This document shows positions 28,762 through 38,192 of a DNA stretch of 64,000 nt, piece by piece (the stretch's first letter is position 1; each line of letters starts with the position of its first letter). The stretch covers positions 14,303 to 78,302 of the IMG/VR virus record IMGVR_UViG_3300021597_000002. One strand, 5' to 3'. The notes under the pieces are model-generated. The model saw only the letters and a program-made list of their open reading frames with translations. It searched no databases and was not told where the DNA came from. A program made the translations under genes and the position numbers. This DNA comes from a virus.

Positions 28762-29085
28762 ATGGAAGATAACGACAACATTGTTAAGTTTAAGAAAATA
28801 AAACAGCCTCCTTCTGATAAGCCCATCTTTAAAGAGACTCAGACGTATCGAAGACGATTGAAGTGTCCACACGGTGATTTTACGATTGATGAGTCTAATG
28901 AAACGATAGAGTGTGGCTTATGTGGTGAGCTATTAAGCCCTATGTGGGTTTTAAAACTTTTAGCTAATGAAAACTCTAACCTGTACTGGCAATGGCTAAA
29001 AATGCAAGAGAACGTAGAAAAGACACGCAACAAAATGCGTTGTAAGTGCCAGCATTGTGGAAAAATGACCGCCATTCAGCGTTAA
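28762..29085 (+). CDS. Zn-finger protein
   Basis: CPH, CGLC, CQHC. Confidence 0.7.
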   Translation: MEDNDNIVKFKKIKQPPSDKPIFKETQTYRRRLKCPHGDFTIDESNETIECGLCGELLSPMWVLKLLANENSNLYWQWLKMQENVEKTRNKMRCKCQHCGKMTAIQR

Positions 29086-29142
29086 CCTGTACTTTGTACC
29101 GCCTGAGTGTTATTTTCTACGAAACACTGACGGAACGACTTA

Positions 29143-29388
29143 ATGACCAATAACGAAAAACTCAAGATCATTCAGAAACACTTCAAGCTTAAAGCGCAAG
29201 ACGTGGCTGACATTTGTTACAAGACAAGTGTTAACACTATTTGGGCATGGCGAACAACCCCAGACAGTGTTCGCTTCAGAACAATGAACGATGGTGAATA
29301 TGCGCTATTGGTTAATTGGCTGGTAAAAAACGAACGCATTGTCGATGAATCTGAACTTGACGAACTCTTTCAAGAAGACACCAATTAA
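29143..29388 (+). CDS. Small HTH DNA-binding protein
   Basis: LKAQDVADICYKTSVNTIWAW; preceded by a degenerate CCTGTAC palindrome. Confidence 0.65.
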   Translation: MTNNEKLKIIQKHFKLKAQDVADICYKTSVNTIWAWRTTPDSVRFRTMNDGEYALLVNWLVKNERIVDESELDELFQEDTN

Positions 29389-29435
29389 GTATCTAACGGG
29401 TATTAATAGTATACCCGTTAGATATTCATTCGACA

Positions 29436-29975
29436 TCAACCAGATACTCTATCCTTAATCGCCCTCTCAAGCATTGCCAAGGCTGAACCGTCCTTAATCA
29501 TTTTGGCATCCACTCGAAGAACGCACCAACCAAGAATTGCCGCCTCTCCATACTTAATGCAATCCTCATGAAAACCTGTAGGCGTTAAGTGCCTCGATTT
29601 TTGAGTAACCGCCTTACCTGTCCCTGAATCCATTCGCTTCTTTCCATGGCTATAAGTGCCACCTTCGATCTCTACGGCAACCTTGTGGTCTTTCCATGCA
29701 AAATCAAACCTCCAGCGTCGCTTAGGATGAAACATCAATTCATCCTTACCCCAGAGTGGCATAGGAAGCCCCGCAGCTTTAACCTGCATAGCAAAAGACA
29801 ATTCCAACCCACTAGGACCTTTGTCCCCTTTCCGCTTCACAGGGACGGTTTTAAGCGGCTTCCCGTTGGTTCTTTTGGGTGCTTTAGCTTGTTTATATTT
29901 CCTCAATGTTTGACCAGCAAGGATATTGCCGGCTTTTGCCATATTTTCCAGTTGTGTTTCAGTCATAAGATCCAA
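29436..29975 (-). CDS. Vsr/DUF559-like PD-(D/E)XK endonuclease
   Basis: FHPKRRWRFDFAW..VAVEIEGG...GWCVLR. Confidence 0.8.
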   Translation of the reverse strand: MDLMTETQLENMAKAGNILAGQTLRKYKQAKAPKRTNGKPLKTVPVKRKGDKGPSGLELSFAMQVKAAGLPMPLWGKDELMFHPKRRWRFDFAWKDHKVAVEIEGGTYSHGKKRMDSGTGKAVTQKSRHLTPTGFHEDCIKYGEAAILGWCVLRVDAKMIKDGSALAMLERAIKDRVSG

Positions 29976-29978
29976 ATT

Positions 29979-30518
29979 CTACAGATAGGTTTCTATCGGT
30001 TTATTCTTGAATCCAGCCATTTCCAATAAACACCGCCAGTTAGCATAATCAATACTTCGACTCTCGCCGTCTTCAGCAATCCAATACCTAACTCCTCGGG
30101 AACTTCGACCTAACACTCGACCAATCATCTCACCGGAGATCTCACAGCCTATTTTCTCCCCAGAACGGAGTAAGATTGCAGCTTTCAACCCCTTAACCAT
30201 GTATGTTGTCGGAGCTTTCCAGCGCTTATAGGGTATTTCTTGCGGCATAGCCCACGCTACCCAACGACGGATCTCTTGCTCTTCTCGATCGACATTCCAA
30301 CTAATACCAACACTTGTGTTAAATCGCCCATACGGCACCACATCAGGATCACTTGACTGCAGGAACACATAACCTTGCTTACCAAGCATCTTCTTGCACA
30401 GCTTGAAGTACATTTGCTCAGCTCTAACAGGATCATCCGTTTCCACGCAGTGCAACCAATTGGCTTTGTTTGTTATATGGCTGTCTTCACTCCAATAAAC
30501 TTGAAATGGTTTACTCAT
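29979..30518 (-). CDS. KorC-like HTH transcriptional regulator with an N-terminal extension
   Basis: SGEMIGRVLGRSSRGVRYWIAE...IDYANWRCLLEMAG; 17-bp palindrome in its own promoter. Confidence 0.7.
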   Translation of the reverse strand: MSKPFQVYWSEDSHITNKANWLHCVETDDPVRAEQMYFKLCKKMLGKQGYVFLQSSDPDVVPYGRFNTSVGISWNVDREEQEIRRWVAWAMPQEIPYKRWKAPTTYMVKGLKAAILLRSGEKIGCEISGEMIGRVLGRSSRGVRYWIAEDGESRSIDYANWRCLLEMAGFKNKPIETYL

Positions 30519-30547
30519 GGCATAGCCCTCCCTTAACAATCACATTA

Positions 30548-30564
30548 TAGGCACATAGTTCCTA
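30548..30564. promoter_or_regulatory. TAGGAAC-N3-GTTCCTA-type operator overlapping TATAAT
   Basis: TAGGCACATAGTTCCTA; related copies at 39235-39251 and 11555-11571. Confidence 0.65.
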
Positions 30565-30916
30565 CAAAGTCAGCTGACGTTCTAATCCCTCCCCTATAGC
30601 CTTGCAGGACCTTTGCAATAGATAGTGATGCAATGGCATTCATGAGCATAGAAACGTTGAATAGCGAGGCACTGACACAGCCTAACAAGACGAAATCACA
30701 AAAGATCCTATTAGATCTCTATCTGTATTTGGATGAACTGTTTCTTTCCATCAATTTAAAAATAAAAAAAATCTCTCTTTATTATTTCTTTATTTAATAG
30801 GTTATAAGATGGCTTATTAAATGGTTATATATGGTTATAAGATGGTTGTTGGGCTTTAAAGTTGGACCAAACAAGAAACGTAAGTTCATGTTTTAACAAT
30901 GAAATAAAATCAATCT

Positions 30917-31044
30917 GGTATCTCGACTTATGCTTTGCTAGTATCTCGATTTATGCAAAACGGCATCTCAACTTATGCGTTTGGGTATCTCGATTTATGC
31001 AAAGTGGTATCTCAACTTATGCGTTTGGGTATCTCGATTTATGC
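30917..31044. repeat. Six 17-bp iterons at ~22-bp period (second replication origin)
   Basis: RGYATCTCRAYTTATGC at 30917, 30940, 30962, 30984, 31006, 31028; AT-rich tract with GGTTATAAGATGG repeats to the left, DnaA-box-like TTTTCCACA to the right. Confidence 0.85.
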
Positions 31045-31198
31045 ATTTTTTCACTTCAATTCCACTGTATATACAGCACTTATCCCACTGTATATAAACA
31101 GCTTTTCCACAAATAAAAGCACCACTAAACACCTACCATTTAGGCATAAAAAAACGGCACTCTCTTTCAAGAATGCCGTTTACGGTCGGTAAATTAAA

Positions 31199-31549
31199 TC
31201 AGTAAGAATGTCTGACGATGTGGTTTCTCATTCCGTGGTACATAGCGGTGCTTAGCACTACCATGCACAGCACTAATACCGCCCCCCATACCACCAGCGA
31301 CCAAAGAGTGATAAACGAAACGATGAATACTGTCGCAGGCTTTTTAAGTTGGCGTCGGTGATAGCGTCGTGTTAACTGATCAGCCTTTTGAAATTTGAGG
31401 TACATCTTGGGGACGGTGAACAGCACAAGAGCTGCACGTATGGCTATGAGCGTGATAGCAAAAGTAACCAGTTCAGGCTCGCCGGCTGAAAATCCAAACC
31501 AGCCTAGCAGCAAAGGAATGAGGTTAAAAACAATGAATATCCAATTCAC
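31199..31549 (-). CDS. Small membrane protein
   Basis: Four hydrophobic segments; flanked by terminator hairpins. Confidence 0.65.
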   Translation of the reverse strand: MNWIFIVFNLIPLLLGWFGFSAGEPELVTFAITLIAIRAALVLFTVPKMYLKFQKADQLTRRYHRRQLKKPATVFIVSFITLWSLVVWGAVLVLCMVVLSTAMYHGMRNHIVRHSY

Positions 31550-31613
31550 AATAAGACCTTATCAATAAAAACGCCCCTGAAATACGGGGCGTTGTATCCG
31601 AACAGTATGAGCG

Positions 31614-32402
31614 TTACTTACGCAGAATCCGATCTGACTCTTTATCTATGTAGGCATCAACAATACCAGCTGCTTTGAGCAATTTAAGTGCTGTCTTCAA
31701 CTTTTGACGAAACGTTTTCAAATCGCTCGCCTTAGAACCACAGCTATGCATCACTTTTTCTACTGACACAGCGTACTTGTTGTTCGCTTTATGGCTGGCA
31801 AAATAAAACTGCAACCATTTTGCTATGTTGTTGTTCTTTAGTACCTGACGACGTTTTAGATCGATTCTAGCAAAACCAGAAGAAGTGAAAAATTTCACCA
31901 ACTCTACGGGTAAACGATAATGCCAAAAGCGTGCCATTGCACCATTTACGTCTTTATATTCGAACGAGTCTACCAAATTAAAGTTAAATCGGTGTTGAAT
32001 TAGATCGCCTTCTTCTCTTCGAGTGATAAGACCTTCAATATTTGACTGGCTTAATCGACGCATACATTGCAGTAGTCTTTCATAGTAAAAAGGCGTTCTA
32101 GCCCAGCCTAAAGACTTCATTAACTCTGCTCGTTTGAATTTCAACTTACCTGATAGGTCTGCATTGCGTGCATAGTGAAGAAGTTCCAGATACACATCTA
32201 GATCATCTTGCCTTAGCTCTGGTCCTACGAACTGCAGTTCCATCGGCGTATGACTACCATCAAGCAATCCCAGTAAAATTGGCTTTGTGTAGTATCGACG
32301 CTCTTGTGAAGTGCCAACGGTGAATAGCGCATATCGCGCTAATTCATTAGGTAGGCAGCGAACGGCTTTCGCCCATGGTTTTTCAATTAGCTTTACTGAC
32401 AT
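31614..32402 (-). CDS. TrfA-family replication initiator
   Basis: [32 protein letters not shown]...YERL...[22 protein letters not shown]; iteron array nearby. Confidence 0.8.
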   Translation of the reverse strand: MSVKLIEKPWAKAVRCLPNELARYALFTVGTSQERRYYTKPILLGLLDGSHTPMELQFVGPELRQDDLDVYLELLHYARNADLSGKLKFKRAELMKSLGWARTPFYYERLLQCMRRLSQSNIEGLITRREEGDLIQHRFNFNLVDSFEYKDVNGAMARFWHYRLPVELVKFFTSSGFARIDLKRRQVLKNNNIAKWLQFYFASHKANNKYAVSVEKVMHSCGSKASDLKTFRQKLKTALKLLKAAGIVDAYIDKESDRILRK

Positions 32403-33304
32403 GTCGCTACCCCACCCAAAGCATCAAACAACTGAGGCAGGAAGGCATCAAACTCACCAGCAAACAGAACCATATCAGCATCAAATCGCTGAGCGACATC
32501 TTCTCTCGCAATATCGTCATTTTGGTCGGTCAGTTCGTCAGAAAACTTTAATCGCTTTAAGCTGCCATCATCCGACAAGATGAAGTCAACACGATCTTGC
32601 CAGTTGACTGCCAGCTTCGTTACTACTTTGTCAGCTTCAATGTGTGACTGAATTTCTTCAGAAGTCAGCTCTTGTTGTTTACAACGGATTTGACCGCCAT
32701 CTTCTAATACTGATTTTAGCTCTGCTTCCTCAAGCAATGAAAAACCGCTAGGAACTTCACCAGTCTTTAACCAATCAGTCAGAGTTACCTCAATCGCAGA
32801 CGCAAACGTAACAGGAACCACCGGCAAAGAGCCGATTGTTTTTCTTAGCAGGGCTAAAACGTCTTCCGCTTTCTTAAAGCTGCTGGCATCAACAAAAAGC
32901 AATTCTTTTTTAGGGCAAATCCAAACATAAGTGGTATTGGTTCGTTTAAATGCTCGTGGTAGCAAATCAATGACGACATCATCCTTAATGTTGTCTTTCT
33001 CTTTTTTCTTGAGAGGTCGACCTTCCGCAGCTTCAAGAGCATCTATGCGCTCATTTACTTCCTCTTTGATTACCGATGCTGGCAACATTTTCTCTTGAAG
33101 ACGAGCAGCAAGCAAAATCCAATCAGCACCGACATGCAATAGCTGATCGCTATGTTTACCCATTACTGGCGCCCACCCAAACTTCCGTTTGTCTTGCTCA
33201 CCGCATGGAACGAACGCAAATTCAGACAGTTGCTCACTTAGTTGGTCGGGAGTGAGTTGAACTGTCCGAGAAAAGCGATAAGCCATGATATTTTTAGGCT
33301 TCAT
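32393..33304 (-). CDS. rdgC: Recombination-associated protein RdgC
   Basis: [35 protein letters not shown]. Confidence 0.95.
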   Translation of the reverse strand: MKPKNIMAYRFSRTVQLTPDQLSEQLSEFAFVPCGEQDKRKFGWAPVMGKHSDQLLHVGADWILLAARLQEKMLPASVIKEEVNERIDALEAAEGRPLKKKEKDNIKDDVVIDLLPRAFKRTNTTYVWICPKKELLFVDASSFKKAEDVLALLRKTIGSLPVVPVTFASAIEVTLTDWLKTGEVPSGFSLLEEAELKSVLEDGGQIRCKQQELTSEEIQSHIEADKVVTKLAVNWQDRVDFILSDDGSLKRLKFSDELTDQNDDIAREDVAQRFDADMVLFAGEFDAFLPQLFDALGGVATCQ

Positions 33305-33331
33305 ACTCTGGGATCCTTCTTTCTTCTGGTA

Positions 33332-33748
33332 TTACTTTTTTTGAGTTGCAGCTGCAAGCTCTGCTTCCAACTGGCTTAGAATGGTGCGTTCTGAGCGCAG
33401 CGTTATTTGAGCACTGGTTAGGCGCTCACTTTGCTGTTCGATTTCGCGGCGAAGTTGTTCAGGATCACGAGGCGCAGTTTGGGAAATAAACTGATGCTTG
33501 TTTTCTCGAAGCTGTTCAAGGAATGGGCTATGACAGTCTTTATTGGCAGCATCAATATTAATCGACTCATAAGCTTGAGGATTAACACGACGGCAATACT
33601 TGTGAAGGATTTCGCGGCAAGCGGCATACTTCATACCGTTTACTGCCGCGACATCTGAGGTTTTAGCGCCCTTTAGAATGGCGCACGCAATTTGTTCTTC
33701 TTTTCTGAGTGAGATTTCACGCTCTTGATTTGTCTCGGTCTTGTCCAT
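33332..33748 (-). CDS. HTH protein with a C-terminal coiled coil; paralog of 50794-51351
   Basis: AILKGAKTSDVAAVNGMKYAACREILHKYCRRVNP aligns with SIFLGARIHDAAVMISVADRTMRDRFLTYCKHANP. Confidence 0.7.
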   Translation of the reverse strand: MDKTETNQEREISLRKEEQIACAILKGAKTSDVAAVNGMKYAACREILHKYCRRVNPQAYESINIDAANKDCHSPFLEQLRENKHQFISQTAPRDPEQLRREIEQQSERLTSAQITLRSERTILSQLEAELAAATQKK

Positions 33749-33936
33749 TTCGATTTCAGCCTTCCAACGTCACCGCTAAGCCGTGGTACCGCGCTCTACT
33801 TCAAAAGCGCTTTTGGTTGCCACAACAAACTTTTATCTTTTTGTTGTGCACTGTTTACCGTTTTTAGCGATGGCGAGAAACAACAAAAAAATGTTGTTTA
33901 ATCTTTTCTCGACTGGATCAAAACTTCGCAGATCAA

Positions 33937-34233
33937 TCAGGTTTCAAACTCGATATCTCCAGACTCAACACCTTTAAGCACTTGCTTACCTTTTTCGGTG
34001 AGAGTGATCAAAGTTGGAGTACGGCGCATGGCTGGTATCTGCTTTCTTTCAACAGCGACCAAGCCTTGCTCTTTTAGCGACTCAAGTATCTGGTTTTTCT
34101 CTGCGGCTTTGATACCAGCATTGACATTAAGGCGTCGAGTGAGGTCGGTCATGGCAATGGTGTTCTTTTTCTCTTTCTTGAGAATAACAAGAACACGTAC
34201 CTCAGCGTTTTTTAGCATGTTGATATCCATCAA
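33937..34233 (-). CDS. Winged-helix (MarR-like) DNA-binding protein
   Basis: MTDLTRRL...LESLKEQGLV...RRTPTLITLTEKG. Confidence 0.75.
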   Translation of the reverse strand: MMDINMLKNAEVRVLVILKKEKKNTIAMTDLTRRLNVNAGIKAAEKNQILESLKEQGLVAVERKQIPAMRRTPTLITLTEKGKQVLKGVESGDIEFET

Positions 34234-34381
34234 ATTTGTTATCTAGTTGACGATTATCGCCATGCTACATGAAGGATGCACACTTACCAATCACCAACTT
34301 ACTCTTCACCGTTAGTTAGAACGCATTAAATTACGTCAATAATTACGTTTTTAATTACGCTATTGATTAACATACATCAAA

Positions 34382-34789
34382 GTGTTAATTTCTGTCCACC
34401 ACTTTGTTTTAAAGGGAAATTGGATGTCACCGGAAATGGCTCACGTTACGTGTCGTGCTGAATTGACTTTAGAAAGTTTGAAGCAATTAAGAAAAGATGC
34501 AGGAAAGCTCACAATTTATATCAGCGGACCAATGACAGGGCACCGCCATTTCAATCATCCAGAATTCTTCCGTATCGAAGAAATGATACAGGATGCCGGA
34601 CACATCCCACTGAACCCAGCAAGAAACCCCAAAGGGTTAACTTACGACCAGTACATGAAGCTGAGCTTCTCAGATCTTTTTGTCTCGAATGCTGTTGTTC
34701 GCCTTAAAGGTTGGATGGAGTCAAAAGGCGCACTGGCGGAAGTGTTTGCTGCTCATTCCCTTGGATTAATGCTCATTGATGAAGAGTAA
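34382..34789 (+). CDS. DUF4406-family protein
   Basis: IYISGPMTG, FNHPEF, LNPA, LKGWMESKGALAE. Confidence 0.85.
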   Translation: MLISVHHFVLKGNWMSPEMAHVTCRAELTLESLKQLRKDAGKLTIYISGPMTGHRHFNHPEFFRIEEMIQDAGHIPLNPARNPKGLTYDQYMKLSFSDLFVSNAVVRLKGWMESKGALAEVFAAHSLGLMLIDEE

Positions 34790-35141
34790 ACGTTCTTTAG
34801 TCGATGCAGCCATAGAGCTTGCAAACAACCAAGTAGAGCACACCCCAGAAGTGTGCTCTCACTGCAGCGGGAAAGGTGAAACCAAAGGGTTATTCTCTGC
34901 TAAATGGGAATGCCTTCATTGTGATGGGCTTGGTTATACCGGCGATCCAGTAGCAATAGCTAAATGGTTTAAAAGTGCGCTAATTCAACGAACCGAAAAG
35001 ATACAACAGCTTGGTTCACACTGCGGCAGATTGAACGATGAAAATGATGTGCTCAAAGTTATCTATCCCGATTGGGAGCAAAAACTAAAAGAGCACTATG
35101 AACAAGAAACCCACGATAAGTGCAGATCACGGTTTGACTGA
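34776..35141 (+). CDS. DnaJ-type Zn-finger protein
   Basis: CSHCSGKG...CLHCDGLG. Confidence 0.7.
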   Translation: MMKSKRSLVDAAIELANNQVEHTPEVCSHCSGKGETKGLFSAKWECLHCDGLGYTGDPVAIAKWFKSALIQRTEKIQQLGSHCGRLNDENDVLKVIYPDWEQKLKEHYEQETHDKCRSRFD

Positions 35142-35158
35142 CTGTGAATGGAGGCGGA

Positions 35159-35419
35159 ATGTCAAACCACCAGCAACGATATACACGATGGCAGCGTATT
35201 AAAACACTAGGCTTCCATGATTTGCTAATTCGCTTTTCCTCTCCATACAAACTCCATTTCTTGGCTGGATTGCACGCCATATCTATCAACCATGGTGCCA
35301 ACATCACTAAGGAAGTGACCTCCCTTAAAAGCGCATTCTCTGATTTAGATACGGAAAAGGCAGCAACCGCCATCATATTTCACCCGCAATTTGGGAAAAC
35401 CAGCAACAAAAAGGGATAG
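35159..35419 (+). CDS. Hypothetical protein
   Basis: GGAGG RBS before MSNHQQ. Confidence 0.6.
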   Translation: MSNHQQRYTRWQRIKTLGFHDLLIRFSSPYKLHFLAGLHAISINHGANITKEVTSLKSAFSDLDTEKAATAIIFHPQFGKTSNKKG

Positions 35420-35420
35420 C

Positions 35421-36263
35421 ATGAAACCACTAATCAAATGGGCAGGCGGCAAAACGTGGCTTGCCAAACGTGCAGAGCGCATTGTTAATGACATTGCACC
35501 AGAACGAGTCGTAGAGCCTTTCGCCGGCTCTGCAGCATTTTCTTTGTTTTATGAATTTAACAACGTCACCCTCAATGATGCTAACCCCGCCCTTATCAAT
35601 TTGTATAAGCAACTCTCCAACGGGTATGAAATAGATCCAAACGATTTCTTGCTAGAAGAGGAGTTCTTCTATTCTGCCAGAGAGGAACTGAATAACTCTT
35701 TACTGCCTGGTCAGGAGCTAGGCGAAAGGGAAGCTGCCCTTTTTTGGTATCTATGCAAACACTCTTTCAATGGGCTTGTTCGCCAAAGCAAACGAGAAGG
35801 CAAATTTAACATGCCGTTTGGTGACTATAAGGGCATCGCCACTCCACCGGACACAAAAGAGTTTATGCGAGTCGCTAAAAACTGGACCTTTAATTGCGGT
35901 TGCTTCTCAGCGGTAGATATATCCGATGCTCAGATGGTCCTAATGGATCCTCCTTATGAGAAAACATTTAACGGCTACACCAAAGATAAAAATGAAAACT
36001 TACAAGATCGCATTGTTAGTATGCTTAGTGGCTACGATGGTGCTGTAATCGCCACTAACACGCTTTTGCCTGAACTTACCCATATCTACCGAGAGGAGGG
36101 CTTTACCGTCTATAAAACGCCTGTGAGGCGCTCTATCAGCTGTAAAGGGAGCGGGAGAGGTAAAACATTTGAAATGATCGCACTTAGAGGGTTTTCTAAG
36201 AAGCAATTTAGGCGCTACATGGATGGGTTACAACCTTACTACCCTAAACCAGTGAACGTTTGA
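35421..36263 (+). CDS. dam: DNA adenine methyltransferase (Dam/D12 class)
   Basis: KWAGGK, EPFAGS, NGLVRQ..FNMPFG, DPPY. Confidence 0.9.
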   Translation: MKPLIKWAGGKTWLAKRAERIVNDIAPERVVEPFAGSAAFSLFYEFNNVTLNDANPALINLYKQLSNGYEIDPNDFLLEEEFFYSAREELNNSLLPGQELGEREAALFWYLCKHSFNGLVRQSKREGKFNMPFGDYKGIATPPDTKEFMRVAKNWTFNCGCFSAVDISDAQMVLMDPPYEKTFNGYTKDKNENLQDRIVSMLSGYDGAVIATNTLLPELTHIYREEGFTVYKTPVRRSISCKGSGRGKTFEMIALRGFSKKQFRRYMDGLQPYYPKPVNV

Positions 36264-36458
36264 GGATAAAAACGTGAGGATTTGAGGTGAATCGTGAAGT
36301 GATGACTCCGTAGAACACCCCCATCAACACCACGCCAATACTAATTAAAGTCTTGAATAATATGGCTTTTGTAAAAACTCAAAAGCTCATTGTTATCATT
36401 AGTTACCCCATAAACCGTGAAAGACAGAAGGCATCTTTCACGGTTATACTTCAAATTA

Positions 36459-37505
36459 TCACGCTTTTTCTTCAATCTCTTGAGCAGCTTCTTCAGATTC
36501 TCTCAGTTTTGAAAAGAACCCACTGCCAAAATCGTGCCCTTCAGTACCAATCCTCACCAAATGTTCTTTTAGATTATTAATTTCCTCAATGGACGGAATG
36601 CATCGCTTATCAACAACGTCGGCAAATGTCTTTAATGCATCCTCGTAGGTCAGATTTTTCTCAACCTTAACGCCGACCTCTTTTTCCGGCAATTGCCACT
36701 TAAAAAGAAACTTAATCCCGACTACTTTTCTACCTTCTTTGATGTAAGAGAATCCGTAGTTCCCTGTTTTGTCATCGATCAGGAATCTAATATGGGACTC
36801 TTTCTCATCAATTTCTTGAATCGCTGGTTTAATGATCCGCTTGATAAAGTTAGCGTTTACAGCATAAGTCTTTTTCAATAGCGTCCCTTGCCTATCTAAC
36901 AAACCAAAGAAACCATGGAGGTCTTCAATCGTTTGTGGGTGCAGCTCAGTGTTAGGGGATTTGAACCGGCAAAGCATGGTATACAATCTTTTGCCATGCT
37001 CCGTTTTTATTTGTCGGAATGATTTATGTGGAATTTGAGCGTGACCTTGGGATATCCCTAAATACTCTGTGATCAGCTCATCATTAGGTTTGATGGTTAG
37101 CGTGCCATGTTTGTACTTAACTCGCTTAAACAAAGGGATAAAGTCGAAAGAATCACCTTCCTGTATCACACCTATTTTCTTACCTGCCAATCGTTCTGAC
37201 GGCTTATAGAGGATGTTATAAAGGTCTTCCTTTTCCACGCAAAACCAGTCGCAAAGCACTTTGCTTTTAAACTCATAGCTAGGTGATATCGGTGTTTTCC
37301 CTGCCATAAAGTCTTCCCACTGGTCTTTATGCAACCGTGACAGTAATAGAGCAAAAATATCGTGCTCCACTGGTGATAACGACAGTCGGGAAAAGACAAG
37401 CGCATGAGATTTTTTGAAAAAGTCGCTATGGATATCGGCAGACACTGCACTTGTGATTGTTCGTTCTTTTGGCAACTTTTGCTCAGGGGCGTCATTGTCA
37501 TTCAT
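36459..37505 (-). CDS. repA: Rep_3-family plasmid replication initiator
   Basis: FKKSHALV..LSPVEHDIF, KRLYTML, IIKPAIQEI, KEGRKVVGIKF; iterons upstream. Confidence 0.88.
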   Translation of the reverse strand: MNDNDAPEQKLPKERTITSAVSADIHSDFFKKSHALVFSRLSLSPVEHDIFALLLSRLHKDQWEDFMAGKTPISPSYEFKSKVLCDWFCVEKEDLYNILYKPSERLAGKKIGVIQEGDSFDFIPLFKRVKYKHGTLTIKPNDELITEYLGISQGHAQIPHKSFRQIKTEHGKRLYTMLCRFKSPNTELHPQTIEDLHGFFGLLDRQGTLLKKTYAVNANFIKRIIKPAIQEIDEKESHIRFLIDDKTGNYGFSYIKEGRKVVGIKFLFKWQLPEKEVGVKVEKNLTYEDALKTFADVVDKRCIPSIEEINNLKEHLVRIGTEGHDFGSGFFSKLRESEEAAQEIEEKA

Positions 37506-38016
37506 AACTATTACCTTTTACTCCGGTGCTTCTTGCTAACTATGACTCTTTGTTGCTAAGGGGCTTTTAATTATTACCCTTTACTCCGGAAAAGCCGGAG
37601 TAAGAAGTCATTTATTGTGATTTATTGCCTTTAATACCGGAGTAAGAAGTAATAGTAAAGGTTTTATAGAGAGTTTTGAGCGCCAAAGCGGAGTAAAAGG
37701 TAATAGTTATAGAAAAAATCAACGAATCAAGGACATAAATAGCCATTTATCAACAAACTTACACCTCAAGCCGGAGTAAAAGGTAATAGTTACCGGAGTA
37801 AAACGATCTATCTAGCGGAGTAAAAGGTAATAGTTACCGGAGTAAAGTGATCTAGTTACCGGAGTAGAACGATCTAGTTACCGGAGTAAAAGGTAATAGT
37901 TTGTTCTGTAAGCTATTGACCCTAAAGGTTTTTTAGCGCCCTATATATCTTTATAGATCTTTATAGATCTTCATAAATAAAATATAACTATTATATAAGT
38001 GTGGATTTGTGGATAA
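37505..38016. repeat. Plasmid origin: six tandem 22-bp iterons (37771-37902), five dispersed or inverted copies, AT-rich AGATCT repeats and a DnaA box
   Basis: CCGGAGTAAAAGGTAATAGTTA consensus; TGTGGATAA at 38008-38016. Confidence 0.92.
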
Positions 38017-38091
38017 CTAATTTAGTCACCTCCTTAGCCTAACATGTCAAACGCCCCTAACTAGATGGCAACTTCCAAGTGATAACAAATA

Positions 38092-38141
38092 AGTATCTAC
38101 CTGATACCTGTTAAGTGTCGTTGTGGTGTTTTATGGGTATC
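38092..38141. promoter_or_regulatory. Hexamer array (5 units, 11-bp period) upstream of parA; putative parS/operator
   Basis: AGTATC, GATACC, AGTGTC, GGTGTT, GGTATC at 38092, 38103, 38114, 38125, 38136. Confidence 0.7.
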
Positions 38142-38192
38142 AATTAAGCTTTTATGTGCTATGATAAGCCCACACAAAAGAAGGAGATGCTC

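Noticed and set aside
30917-31044. Repeat array as a CRISPR
   Set aside because: Units are separated by only 5-6 nt, there are no unique spacers and no cas genes; fits iterons
31065-31102. CTGTATATACAG and CTGTATATAAACAG as LexA boxes
   Set aside because: Spacing is N6 and N8, not the required CTG-N10-CAG
30862-31192. Two overlapping plus-strand ORFs with repeated peptides
   Set aside because: Artefacts of reading through the iteron array; no RBS
36304-36342. Additional hexamer array after dam
   Set aside because: Only three good units and irregular 12/11-bp spacing
37771-37902. Repeat array as a CRISPR
   Set aside because: Contiguous 22-mers directly upstream of a Rep_3 gene; these are iterons
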